From: Dehalococcoidia bacterium
GTDB taxonomy: Bacteria > Chloroflexota > Dehalococcoidia > Lucifugimonadales > Australimonadaceae
Length of the DNA: 64,000 bases
Direction of reading: 5' to 3'
Assembly: GCA_963579135.1 (NCBI GenBank)
Contig: CAUZFB010000004.1
Coordinates: forward strand, 11,583-75,582
The notes below the pieces were generated by a model. It made no database searches. It saw only the letters and a program-made list of their open reading frames with translations, and was not told where the DNA came from. The position numbers and the translations under genes were made by a program. Of the stretch, positions 31,440 to 41,037 are shown one piece after another. Positions within the stretch are counted from its first letter, which is position 1; each line of letters opens with the position of its first letter.

Positions 31440-32363
31440 ATGCGCATCGACGTCCACGCCCACTTCTTACCTGAGTCCCTCGACGATCTGATACGTGGCC
31501 GTGGTGGCGCAGCCGGCCCTGCTGCCAACATGCGCGACTCGCTGTCCAACCTGGACGTGCGGCTCGCCGACATGACTGAGCGCGGGATCGACATCGAGCT
31601 CATCTCGCCAGCGCCCTGGACGATCAACTCCGACCCGGCCACCGTCACCCGCGTGAATAATGAGATCGCCAAGGCCATTGCACCCCATTCCGACCGGCTC
31701 GTCGGCCTCGCGGGCGTCTCCATGCAGGAGCCTGAGCAAGCCGCCCAGGAGCTAGAGAGGTGCGTCAAAGAGCTTGGGTTCCGGGGCTGCGAGATCCTCA
31801 CCAACGTCCACAGCGAGAATCTCCACGAACGCCGCTTCAGTCCCTTCTACAAGAAGCTGGCAGAGCTCGACGTCCCTGCGTTCGTCCACCCGGCTAATGT
31901 CCTCGGCGCCGACAGACTCGCGCCCTTCTTCCTCAACAACCTCATCGGCAACCCGACCGATACCGCAGTCGCTGCTGCCAGCCTCATCTTCGGTGGCGTG
32001 CTAGCCGAGCTACCCACGCTAAAGTTCGTCCTCGCCCACGGCGGCGGCACCTGCCCGCTGCTGCGCGGACGCTGGGAGCACGCATGGGAGCTGCACCTCG
32101 TAGAGGACGCCATGATCACCCGCCCGCCCAGCGAATACTTCCGCAAGCTGTACTTCGACACCCTCACCCACAGCGTGCCCGCGCTCAATGCATTGGTCGA
32201 GCAGGTCGGCGCCGACCGGGTCATGCTTGGCAGCGACTACCCCTTCGGCATGGGTGACTTCACCCCGCCCGCTTCCGTAGCCGCCCTCCCCCACGCCTCT
32301 GACGCCGACAAGGACCTCATGTATTCCGGTAACGCCATCCGCCTCTTCGGCCTGAACCTCTAG
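31440..32363 (+). CDS. Amidohydrolase_2 family protein (ACMSD-like decarboxylase/hydrolase)
   Basis: 'MRIDVHAHFLPE' metal-binding HxH, 'FVHP', 'FVLAHGGG' and 'LGSDYPF' are typical of ACMSD-type amidohydrolases. AGGAGG lies before the ATG. Confidence 0.8.
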   Translation: MRIDVHAHFLPESLDDLIRGRGGAAGPAANMRDSLSNLDVRLADMTERGIDIELISPAPWTINSDPATVTRVNNEIAKAIAPHSDRLVGLAGVSMQEPEQAAQELERCVKELGFRGCEILTNVHSENLHERRFSPFYKKLAELDVPAFVHPANVLGADRLAPFFLNNLIGNPTDTAVAAASLIFGGVLAELPTLKFVLAHGGGTCPLLRGRWEHAWELHLVEDAMITRPPSEYFRKLYFDTLTHSVPALNALVEQVGADRVMLGSDYPFGMGDFTPPASVAALPHASDADKDLMYSGNAIRLFGLNL

Positions 32364-32364
32364 C

Positions 32365-33126
32365 GTGGGCTTAGAGGACAAGATTGCTCTCGTCACCGGC
32401 GGTGGCTCGGGCATCGGCAGAGCCATCGCCGAACGGCTTGCCGCCGATGGCGCCCACGTGGCGGTCAGCACGCGCTCGGACGCTGGCCAGGCGATCGCCG
32501 ACTCCATCGGCGGCTCGTTCTACCAGGCGGACCTCGCCAGCATGGACGCCACCCGCACGCTGGGCGAGCGCATCATCGTTGACCTCGGCGGCGTCGACAT
32601 CCTCGTCAACAACGCCGGCTACAATCACCTCTCGCCAGTCGACGAATTCCCCGAAGACAAATTCGTCGAGATGCTCCAGGTAATGACCGTCGCGCCGTTC
32701 CAGCTAACCAAGCTCGTGCTTCCCGGCATGAAGTCGCGAGGCTGGGGCCGCATCATCAACGTCGCATCCACCCACGCCATCATCGCTAGCCCCAACAAGT
32801 CGGCCTACGCCGCCGCCAAGCACGCCATCGTCGGCTTCACCAAATCGTTGGCCCTTGAAGTTGGCGAACTAGGAATCACCGCCAACGCCATCTGCCCCGC
32901 CTTCGTCCGTACGCCCATGACCGAACGGCAGATCGCATTTCAGATTCAAGCCACCGGCCTCACCGAAGACGAAGTCGTCCGCACTCTCATGGTCGGCCCC
33001 TCAGCCACCAAGCGCATGATCGAACCCGACGAAGTCGCCGCCCTCGCCGCCTACCTCGCCTCCGACGACGCCCGATCCATCACAGGCACCACTCCACTCA
33101 TCGACGCCGGCTGGACCGCCTCCTAA
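32365..33126 (+). CDS. bdhA: 3-hydroxybutyrate dehydrogenase (SDR family)
   Basis: 'IALVTGGGSGIGRAIA', 'ILVNNAG', 'GRIINVASTHAIIASPNKSAYAAAKHAIVGFTKSLALE', 'ITANAICPAFVRTPM' and 'ITGTTPLIDAGWTA' closely follow the BdhA pattern. Confidence 0.8.
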   Translation: MGLEDKIALVTGGGSGIGRAIAERLAADGAHVAVSTRSDAGQAIADSIGGSFYQADLASMDATRTLGERIIVDLGGVDILVNNAGYNHLSPVDEFPEDKFVEMLQVMTVAPFQLTKLVLPGMKSRGWGRIINVASTHAIIASPNKSAYAAAKHAIVGFTKSLALEVGELGITANAICPAFVRTPMTERQIAFQIQATGLTEDEVVRTLMVGPSATKRMIEPDEVAALAAYLASDDARSITGTTPLIDAGWTAS

Positions 33127-33144
33127 ACCCGCGCCGCGTCGCAT

Positions 33145-33248
33145 AACGTCACCCCAAGCTAAGCGCAGCGCAGTCGAAGGGCCCGTCCCCCCCATCCATA
33201 TCAGCTCACCGCTGTGATCAACGTCACCCTGAGCAAAGCGCAGCGGAG
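33145..33248. repeat. Imperfect 29-bp direct repeat (25/29 identical) in the intergenic region upstream of the aldo/keto reductase gene
   Basis: AACGTCACCCCAAGCTAAGCGCAGCGCAG (33145..33173) versus AACGTCACCCTGAGCAAAGCGCAGCGGAG (33220..33248). A TATACT hexamer follows at 33290..33295. Confidence 0.75.
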
Positions 33249-33336
33249 GCAAACGGGTCTCTCACATCCCCACCACCGCCCCCTCGCGCTATACTCGCGA
33301 ACATTGAAATCGAACCCACTCTTGGAGAAGCGACCC

Positions 33337-34269
33337 ATGACTGACCTAGCAACCAGAGCCCTCGGACGCACCGGCGTCGAGGTTACGACCCTTGGATTCG
33401 GCGCCATGGAACTGCGCGGCGCCCCCCGTGGCCGCGAGATCTCTGACGAGGATTTGGGCAAGCTGCTCAACAGCGTCCTCGACTCCGGCATCACCTTCGT
33501 GGATACGGCCATTGACTACGGCGTCAGCGAGGAGCGCATCGGCAAGCACATCTCGCACCGCCGCAACGAGTACTTCCTCGCCAGCAAGTGCGGATGCCTT
33601 GTCGGCTGGGAGCCCAGTGCCACTGAGGATCGTGGTGGCCCCCACGTCTACGACCGCGCCAACATCACTGCGGGCATAGAGCAGAGCCTCCGACGTCTGA
33701 ACACCGACCACCTCGACCTCCTCCAGGTCCACATGACACCCCCTAAGCAGGTGCTCGAAGAGAACGACACTATCCAGGTCATGAAGGACCTTCAGAAGGA
33801 AGGCAAGATCCGATTCCTCGGCATGTCCGGCACTCTACCCAACATCACCGACCACATTGCCATGGGCGTCTTCGACGCCTTCCAGATCCCCTACTCCTGC
33901 TCCCAGCGCGAGCACGAGGACGCAATCACCGAGGCAGCAGAAGCAGGCGCTGGCATCATCATCCGCGGAGGTGCAGCGCGCGGCGCACCCTCATCCGACA
34001 ACCAGCGCGCCCACAGCCGCAACCCCGAGCTCAAGACCGTATTCGAGCAGGCCGGCCTCGACGATCTGCTGAACGGCGACAGCCCCATGGAGTTCGTCAT
34101 GCGGTTCACCGCTACCCACCCTGGCATGACCACCAACATCGTCGGCACCATGAACCCCGACCACCTTAAGGCGAACATCGCAGCGATGGCCAAAGGCCCG
34201 CTTCCGGGGGACGTCTACGAAGAGGCCAAGCGTCGCCTCGCGGCCGCGGGCTCCGCGCCCCAGGCGTAG
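33337..34269 (+). CDS. Aldo/keto reductase
   Basis: 'LGRTGVEVTTLGFGAMEL', 'ITFVDTAIDYG', 'LLQVH' and 'IRFLGMSG' are AKR motifs. I chose ATG 33337 with GGAGAAG upstream. The ORF track starts at 33214. Confidence 0.88.
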   Translation: MTDLATRALGRTGVEVTTLGFGAMELRGAPRGREISDEDLGKLLNSVLDSGITFVDTAIDYGVSEERIGKHISHRRNEYFLASKCGCLVGWEPSATEDRGGPHVYDRANITAGIEQSLRRLNTDHLDLLQVHMTPPKQVLEENDTIQVMKDLQKEGKIRFLGMSGTLPNITDHIAMGVFDAFQIPYSCSQREHEDAITEAAEAGAGIIIRGGAARGAPSSDNQRAHSRNPELKTVFEQAGLDDLLNGDSPMEFVMRFTATHPGMTTNIVGTMNPDHLKANIAAMAKGPLPGDVYEEAKRRLAAAGSAPQA

Positions 34270-34271
34270 CA

Positions 34272-35153
34272 GTGGCTATACGCACCGTCGGTGTCATCAG
34301 TGCGGGGGACATGGGAGCCGCCATCGGCAATACCCTTGTCCATGGCGGATTGGACGTCGTCACGCCGCTCGATGGCCGGTCCAACCTCACGCGAACGCGT
34401 GCCGCAGAGTCCAGAATGCGTGACATCGGTACCGTCGAAGCCCTTGTCCGCGAAGCGGACATCGTCCTCTCCGTGCTTGTACCCGCTGAGGCCGAGCGCA
34501 TCGCAGACGCCGTAGTCGAGGCCATGACCGCTACCGGCCAGCACCCGCCATTCGTGGAGTGCAACGCCATCGCACCACAAACGGTCTCCCGTATCGCCGA
34601 GCGGATCACGGCTGCGGGCACTGCGTTCATTGACGCAGGTATCATCGGTTCCCCACCGACGCCGGGTGGCGATAACACGCGCTTCCACTGCTCAGGCCCC
34701 GACACGTCCGCGTTCGAAGCGCTGTCAGAGCACGGCCTCGACGTTCGCCACGTCGGCCCGAACATCGGCCAAGCCTCAGGTCTTAAGATGGTCTACGCCG
34801 CGACCACCAAGGGCACCTACGCCCTCTGGACAGAATTGCTCGTTGCAGCGAGGGCATTGGATCTCGACGATGCCCTCAAGGCGGAGCTTGGCGAGGGCGT
34901 CATTGCCCAGCGGATGTTCAAGGGCATACCAGACACCCCACGCCGCGCGCGACGCTGGGTGGGCGAGATGGAAGAGATCGCCCTCACTTTCGAAGGACTC
35001 GGTCTCACTCCCAAGATGCTCGAAGGTGCGGCAGATGTCTATCGGCTTGAGAGCGACACTCCACTGGGAGACCTTACATCCCGCGACCCACAACCTAAAC
35101 TTGCAGACATGCTGCAGATTCTTGCCGCGAAAGCGGCTGAAAGCAAATCATGA
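34272..35153 (+). CDS. NAD(P)-binding dehydrogenase (6-PGDH-type NAD-binding domain plus DUF1932-like C-terminus)
   Basis: N-terminal Rossmann 'VGVISAGDMGAAIGNTL', and C-terminal 'RRWVGEMEEIALTFEGLGL'. Confidence 0.7.
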   Translation: MAIRTVGVISAGDMGAAIGNTLVHGGLDVVTPLDGRSNLTRTRAAESRMRDIGTVEALVREADIVLSVLVPAEAERIADAVVEAMTATGQHPPFVECNAIAPQTVSRIAERITAAGTAFIDAGIIGSPPTPGGDNTRFHCSGPDTSAFEALSEHGLDVRHVGPNIGQASGLKMVYAATTKGTYALWTELLVAARALDLDDALKAELGEGVIAQRMFKGIPDTPRRARRWVGEMEEIALTFEGLGLTPKMLEGAADVYRLESDTPLGDLTSRDPQPKLADMLQILAAKAAESKS

Positions 35154-36385
35154 CACAACTCTCCGGATTTGCGGCATTCATACGACACCCAAGACGGCAA
35201 CCCACCAATCTGGCCTTCAGCAACGGGTTCATGTACGGGCTAAGCATCAACACCATGATGCTGCTCGTGCCGCTGTACGCGATCAACCAAGGCTTTCGCC
35301 TGTCCGATCAGGGAATCATCATCGCCGCGCCCGCAGCCTTTATGGTCATCCTCCGCCTCCCCGGTGGCGCTATCTCGGACCGGTTCGGTGAACGCGTCGT
35401 CATCTGGTTCAGCTTCACATCGCTCCTGGCAGCGGCGGTGATTGCGGCCTTCTCCAACAGCATCCTGCCACTCATCGTCTCTCAGCTATTCAACGGAGCA
35501 TCGCGGTCGGTCTACTGGTCGGCCGCACAGTCGTACATCAGCCGCAGTGCGGAGGGCCAGGCCGGGCGCGTCATGGGGCGCCAACTTGCCTTCGAGTCTG
35601 GCGCAGGCATTATCGGTGCCATTGGTGCGGGATTCATCGCTCAGTTCGCGGGCTTCGGTATCGCCTTCGGCCTCGCGGCAGTCCTGTGCGTGGTCGGCCT
35701 CACCGTCACCACCAGCCTCCCATCACTCTCTCGCAAAGATCAGGCGCGCTCGATGAAAGCCAGCTTCGCGCCCGTGAAGACCATGCTCTTCTCGCGGTCC
35801 CTGGCCTTCGCCCACCTCGTAGCGTTCATGGCGGCTTCGTACGCGGGGCTCATGGGCGGACTGTTCATCGCCTTCTTCCGCGATATCGGTTACAGCGAAG
35901 GCTTCACAGGGCTCGTGCGTGCGCTAAATGGGGCCGGCGTCGTCGTCGTCGCATTCATGTTCGGCGTATTGCTCGCCAGGGCTGGTGCGCTATGGACAGG
36001 CATCGTCGGTATGGTCGCCACCGGACTCGTCGCTATCGGCGTCGCAGCCACAGGTGATATCCCTGTGCTGCCCGTAGCCCTGATGACCGTATCCGGCGTC
36101 ACGTTCGGAACCCTCCGCACCCTCTACCCTGCGCTCGCTGCACAGAAGAGCGCGCCCAACCAGCGCGCCATGGCTCTCTCGGTCGTCAGCCTCTACTGGG
36201 CTGTCGCCATGCTGCTCTCGCCGCTTATCTTCGGGTTCGTGGCCGACGCCACCAGTATCAAGACAGCCATGTACATCTTCGGCAGCATCTCGATTACCGT
36301 TGGTTTGCTCTCGCCCCTGGTCTATGCGCTCGGCAAGAAGGCCGAGCAACCGCAAGCCGAGGCCCCTGAACCAGGCACCAGCTAG
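35150..36385 (+). CDS. MFS transporter
   Basis: Polytopic profile with the MFS loop 'GGAISDRFGERV'. The start overlaps the preceding gene's stop. Confidence 0.8.
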   Translation: MTQLSGFAAFIRHPRRQPTNLAFSNGFMYGLSINTMMLLVPLYAINQGFRLSDQGIIIAAPAAFMVILRLPGGAISDRFGERVVIWFSFTSLLAAAVIAAFSNSILPLIVSQLFNGASRSVYWSAAQSYISRSAEGQAGRVMGRQLAFESGAGIIGAIGAGFIAQFAGFGIAFGLAAVLCVVGLTVTTSLPSLSRKDQARSMKASFAPVKTMLFSRSLAFAHLVAFMAASYAGLMGGLFIAFFRDIGYSEGFTGLVRALNGAGVVVVAFMFGVLLARAGALWTGIVGMVATGLVAIGVAATGDIPVLPVALMTVSGVTFGTLRTLYPALAAQKSAPNQRAMALSVVSLYWAVAMLLSPLIFGFVADATSIKTAMYIFGSISITVGLLSPLVYALGKKAEQPQAEAPEPGTS

Positions 36386-37317
36386 ATCACCAGCAAGATT
36401 GCACCAACCATCGAGATGAAGATTCCGCCCAGGACCTTGGGCTCGAACGATTCCAGGTGCCGGTTGAAAACATAGTTCAGCGCCAACGTGAACAGCACGC
36501 TCGATCTCATCAGCGGGATCACCATCGACACCGGCGCCAGCGCCAGCGCCGAGAACCGGAATCCATTAGCGAATCCTGACCCCAACCCCGCGACCAAGAA
36601 CAGCTTGCGCGCTCCCTTATCCAGCTTCATCGCCCCGGAGGCTTGGCCCGGTATCAACAACGTCAGCGACAGCACCAGCGTCGCCGCCAGATACGCAACC
36701 GTTCCACCCAGGATACCCAGGCCGTTGCTGTCCACCCCGGCGCGCATCAGCACTGGTCCCGTGCCCCAAAGCAGCGCCGCTAGAACGCCGAAAAGATAGC
36801 CCTCTACCAACTTCGACTGGAACGGTTTCACTTGGGTCACCACGCGACTTGTGTCGGCGACTGACGGTGGCACCGCTTGGGGTGGAGATCGGCGGCGCGG
36901 CGCAACCAGCGCCGGACCGATCATCACAAGCACGATGCCCACGCCCTGCATGGCATCGAGAGTTTCACCCAAGAACGCCACGGCGATCATCACCGACGCC
37001 AGCGTCGCCATGCCCACGATGGGCTGCGCCCGGTTGGCCCCGATCGCACCCATCGCACGATAGTTGCAGTAGCGGCCGCCCAGGATGTGCACCACACCCG
37101 AAGCGCTCATGAACGCAAAGTCGTTGGCCGTCACCGATCCCAGATCTAACAATTGTCCCGTGAACACGGAGGCCACCAAGAACAGCACTGCCCCCAGGAA
37201 CACCGTCACATACAGCCCTTGGCTTGCCGCACCGCGAGATATCCCACGGCGCATCGTCACACTGTTCAATGAGAAGCTGAACGCACCCAGCAGTGCAAAG
37301 AGGGCGCCTAACGCCAT
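36382..37317 (-). CDS. EamA/DMT family transporter
   Basis: A ten-TM-like profile in two EamA halves. Its stop codon shares the CTAG tetranucleotide with the stop of the convergent MFS gene. Confidence 0.78.
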   Translation of the reverse strand: MALGALFALLGAFSFSLNSVTMRRGISRGAASQGLYVTVFLGAVLFLVASVFTGQLLDLGSVTANDFAFMSASGVVHILGGRYCNYRAMGAIGANRAQPIVGMATLASVMIAVAFLGETLDAMQGVGIVLVMIGPALVAPRRRSPPQAVPPSVADTSRVVTQVKPFQSKLVEGYLFGVLAALLWGTGPVLMRAGVDSNGLGILGGTVAYLAATLVLSLTLLIPGQASGAMKLDKGARKLFLVAGLGSGFANGFRFSALALAPVSMVIPLMRSSVLFTLALNYVFNRHLESFEPKVLGGIFISMVGAILLVI

Positions 37318-39317
37318 CCGTTGCGCTTTTCCGCAAGCGCGATGAACGGCTGCATGGCCTCCGGATTGACAAGAGCATCGAGGCTCACAGCTTTGTCGGG
37401 ATCATCCCCGTTCAGGATCTTCTTGACCGGCACTTCGAGTTTCTTGCCATTCAGCGTGCGCGGCACCTCAGCTATCGCAAACACGTCATTGGGCACGTGG
37501 CGCGGAGAGAGCGTCCGGCGAATCGTCGCCGCAATCCTGGCGCGCAAGTCGTCGGACAGCGACGCACCGTCGCGGAGCACCACAAACAGCAGCAGCTCGC
37601 CCTCATTGCCCAGCTTCGAGGTGTCTATCACCAGACTATCCAATACCTCCGGGAGATCCTCCACCACCCGGTAGAACTCCGCCGTTCCCATGCGCACGCC
37701 GCTGCGGTTCAACGTCGAATCCGAGCGTCCATAGATGACGCAAGTGCCCCGCTCCGTGACCTTCAGCCAGTCCCCGTGCCGCCACACGTCCGGGTACATG
37801 TTGAAGTAGCTCTCATGCATCCGCGCACCGCCAGGGTCATTCAGGAAATGCACCGGCATTGACGGCATGGGTTCAGTAATCACCAATTCACCCACGTCGC
37901 CGATAAGCGCGTTCCCCGCCTCATCAAAGCTTTCGACCTTGCAGCCCAACGCCCTGCACTGCATCTCGCCAGCATGGACCGGTAGCGTCGGAGTAGACGC
38001 CACGAACGGGGTCAACACGTCTGTCCCTCCGCTCACCGATGCCATCAGAACGTCGCGGCCAACCTTGTCGTAGACCCACGTAAACCCCTCCGGGGGCAAC
38101 GGAGCGCCCGTGGACCCCACGGTCCGCAGACTTGACACATCTAGCTCCGTAGACGGGTCGATGCCCGCCTTCATGCAGCCAACAATGAACGGTGCGCTCA
38201 CGCCGAAACAGGTGATCCTCGCTTGCTCCGCAACCCGCCACAACGCATACATGTCCGGATAGGCAGGGCTCCCGTCGTACACCACGATGGTCGAGCCCAC
38301 GAGCAACCCGCTGAGCAGGTAATTCCACATCATCCAGCCCGTCGTCGTGAACCAGAAGAAACAATCATCCTCTCCCAAATTCATGTGCAGCGCCATCACC
38401 TTCAAATGCTCCAACAGCACGCCGCCGTGGCCATGCACGATAGCCTTAGGCATCCCCGTGGTCCCGGAGGAATACACGACGTAAAGCGGGTGGTCAAACG
38501 GCACAGGCTCGAATCGAAGCTCGGCGCCGGCCACCGGAACGTCGTCCCACAAGATCGTCTTCGCCAGGCCGCTCACATCCGGCTGCGCAGCCATGTACGG
38601 AAACAGCACCGTATGGGTCAGCGACGGCAACCCTGCCTGGATGTCCGCCACCGCAGGCAACGAGTCGAAAGGTTTGCCGTTATACGTATAGCCGTCCGCG
38701 GCGATCAGGACCTTGGGACCGACCTGCTGGAAGCGGTCGATAACACTCGGAGTACCGAACTCAGGCGGGCAGCTCGACCACGCGGCGCCGATGGACGCGG
38801 ACGCCAGCGAGGCGACAACCGCCTCCGTAACATTGGGTAGATACGCGACCACCGCATCGCCAGGCCCCACGCCGAGCTCGCGCAGGCCCGCAGCGAACTC
38901 CGCGACAAGCCGTCGAAGTTCAGCGAACGTGGTGGTCGTCGTCGGGCCCGATTCGTGCGTAGCGATCACCGCCGCATAATCATCGTCGCGCCGCAAGCAA
39001 TGCTCCGCGTAGTTGAGCGTCGCTCCCTCGAACCAACGCGCGCCCTCCACACGATTGCCCGTCGGCGACGGCATCAGGACGCTGTTGTATGGGCTGTAAG
39101 AGTGAACGTCCGAGAAATCCCAGACCGATTTCCAGAAGTCCTCCAACTCCGTGACCGACCACCGCCAGAGATCGTCGTACGTCTCGAACGTCAACCCCCG
39201 ATGCGAAGCCAACCAGCGCTCGTACTGTGCGAGCCGTGCACCGTTGATCAACCCTGCGGAAGGCTCCCAAAGCAAGACTCCCTCTTCCACGGCGCCCGAG
39301 TCATTCGTCTGTGTCAT
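37308..39317 (-). CDS. Acetoacetate--CoA ligase (acetoacetyl-CoA synthetase)
   Basis: The N-terminal 'LLWEPS...RLAQYERWL...FETYDDLWRWSVTELEDFWKSVWDF' is characteristic of AACS. The AMP-binding motif 'VVYSSGTTGMPKAIVH', 'GSTG' and 'RSDSTLNRSGVRMGTAE' are also present. Confidence 0.88.
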   Translation of the reverse strand: MTQTNDSGAVEEGVLLWEPSAGLINGARLAQYERWLASHRGLTFETYDDLWRWSVTELEDFWKSVWDFSDVHSYSPYNSVLMPSPTGNRVEGARWFEGATLNYAEHCLRRDDDYAAVIATHESGPTTTTTFAELRRLVAEFAAGLRELGVGPGDAVVAYLPNVTEAVVASLASASIGAAWSSCPPEFGTPSVIDRFQQVGPKVLIAADGYTYNGKPFDSLPAVADIQAGLPSLTHTVLFPYMAAQPDVSGLAKTILWDDVPVAGAELRFEPVPFDHPLYVVYSSGTTGMPKAIVHGHGGVLLEHLKVMALHMNLGEDDCFFWFTTTGWMMWNYLLSGLLVGSTIVVYDGSPAYPDMYALWRVAEQARITCFGVSAPFIVGCMKAGIDPSTELDVSSLRTVGSTGAPLPPEGFTWVYDKVGRDVLMASVSGGTDVLTPFVASTPTLPVHAGEMQCRALGCKVESFDEAGNALIGDVGELVITEPMPSMPVHFLNDPGGARMHESYFNMYPDVWRHGDWLKVTERGTCVIYGRSDSTLNRSGVRMGTAEFYRVVEDLPEVLDSLVIDTSKLGNEGELLLFVVLRDGASLSDDLRARIAATIRRTLSPRHVPNDVFAIAEVPRTLNGKKLEVPVKKILNGDDPDKAVSLDALVNPEAMQPFIALAEKRNGWR

Positions 39318-39367
39318 CGTTCCCTCCGAGACGCGAGCATATCAGCGCACCTGGACACCCGTCAGAT

Positions 39368-40645
39368 TCACGATTGGCCTTGTGGACCGGCCGGGCCGCG
39401 CACGGGTGGTTTCGCTAGCAGCGCCACAACACCCGCCGCTATCCATGCCACAGCCGCGAACGAGAACGCATACACGTAATCGCCATTCAGATCGTAAAGG
39501 ATTCCTATGATCAGCGGGCTGAACGCGGTGCTTATGATGGCGGCGGGCGCCATCATCGCCGTAACAGCGCCGATGTGCTCTCGACCGAAATAGTTTGAGG
39601 TCAGCAAGCTTTGCAAGATAAGGAACCCACCCATGGACACGCCAGCGATGGTCATATATCCCACGAGCACAGGCAGCGAGCTAACGCTCAGGAAGAAAAA
39701 GATGCTCGCTCCTGTAAAGATGGTCGACCCCGCCAGAAGGAAACGCGGGGGAACCCGCTCGCCCAGCAATCCCCAGAACGGGCGTGATAGTCCCGAGAAG
39801 ACACCATAGAACAGAACTCCGCCAGCGGCCGTTGCCAGAGTGAAATCACGCTCGAGCAAAAACGGCATCCAATTGGTTTGGAAACCCATGATTCCAAAGC
39901 CGACCAACGTGAACGTCGCGAGCAGCATCCAAAACGCTCGCGAATGCAGTGCCTCTCGCCGAGTCAAGCTGCGCTCTTCAGGTTCCGCAAGGGTCATCTG
40001 ACGAACGTTGTCTTCCGCCCCGACAAGCGCAACGCCGTCTGGGACGAGGCCCACGTCCTCGGGCCGCGTCACCACAAACAGGCCCAACGCCACCTTCATG
40101 GCACCTGTGGCAACCCCGAAATAAACCCAAGCATCGCGCCAACCCACAGCGTCGACCAACAAAGCAATCGCCCCAGGGAACACCGTCGCGCCAAGGCCGA
40201 CCCCGGCGATCGCCACTCCCAGGGCCCGGCCACGCCTATGGACGAACCATTTAGGAACAACGCTTTGCGAGATCACAAACCCTGAGCCCAAATCAGCGAT
40301 TCCGCCCGCCACACCGAACAACAGCAGAAACTGCCACAGGTGTTCGACGTACCGTAGTCCCATCATGCTCACTCCCATGAGCAAGCCGCCCGCGATCATC
40401 GCTATCCGCGGACCGTGTCGAGAATCGAAAACCGGTCCAACGAACGGCGAACTAAATCCCACAATCGTGCCACGGACCGTAAACGCCAGGAAGAAAGTTG
40501 CGCGGCTCCACCCCAACTCCTCCGTCATCGGAATAACGAAGACGCTAGGCCCCCACATACCAACGCCTACCGCGAGGCCGGAACCCAAGAACGCGACAGC
40601 AACTATCACCCAGCCGTAGAAAAACGGCCAGCGGTCAGCAAACAA
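39368..40645 (-). CDS. MFS transporter
   Basis: 12-TM-like profile with 'FDSRHGPR' in loop 2-3 and a central hydrophilic loop. Confidence 0.8.
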   Translation of the reverse strand: MFADRWPFFYGWVIVAVAFLGSGLAVGVGMWGPSVFVIPMTEELGWSRATFFLAFTVRGTIVGFSSPFVGPVFDSRHGPRIAMIAGGLLMGVSMMGLRYVEHLWQFLLLFGVAGGIADLGSGFVISQSVVPKWFVHRRGRALGVAIAGVGLGATVFPGAIALLVDAVGWRDAWVYFGVATGAMKVALGLFVVTRPEDVGLVPDGVALVGAEDNVRQMTLAEPEERSLTRREALHSRAFWMLLATFTLVGFGIMGFQTNWMPFLLERDFTLATAAGGVLFYGVFSGLSRPFWGLLGERVPPRFLLAGSTIFTGASIFFFLSVSSLPVLVGYMTIAGVSMGGFLILQSLLTSNYFGREHIGAVTAMMAPAAIISTAFSPLIIGILYDLNGDYVYAFSFAAVAWIAAGVVALLAKPPVRGPAGPQGQS

Positions 40646-40651
40646 CAGGCA

Positions 40652-40966
40652 TCAGTCCGTCCAGTAGGAGTCCGCCGGGAACACGTTCGTGCCAAACGCC
40701 CGGACCGGGTCCCCTTCGTAGATGTTCGCCGTCGCCTCGCGGTATTTCAGGAAATGTGGCTGCTTTCGGTGCTCCTCGAGCGCCGCCTCGTCGCGGTAGA
40801 CCTCCAGGAAGAAGAAACTGTCTGGATTCTCATTGTCCTGGATAACCGTGAATTGAAAGTTGCCCTGCTCTTTCTCCATAGTCGACTCCGCGTCCTCTTT
40901 GATGACTGCGAGGAACTCGCTCCTCATCCCGAGCTTGATCTTCACGTTGACCATCAGCATTAGCAT
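40652..40966 (-). CDS. Antibiotic-biosynthesis-monooxygenase (ABM) domain protein, YgiN-like
   Basis: 'MVNVKIKLGMRSEFLAVIKEDAESTMEKEQGNFQFTVIQDNENPDSFFFLEVYRDEAALEEHRKQPHFLKY' is a ferredoxin-like ABM fold. The much longer ORF in the track (to 41599) overlaps the next real gene and is not credible. Confidence 0.8.
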   Translation of the reverse strand: MLMLMVNVKIKLGMRSEFLAVIKEDAESTMEKEQGNFQFTVIQDNENPDSFFFLEVYRDEAALEEHRKQPHFLKYREATANIYEGDPVRAFGTNVFPADSYWTD

Positions 40967-41037
40967 GCGATTCAGACCTCGATCAGTTAGTTGTGCGGCG
41001 ATTCTACACGCGCCCAGGCGCGCCGGAACCGCTGAAA

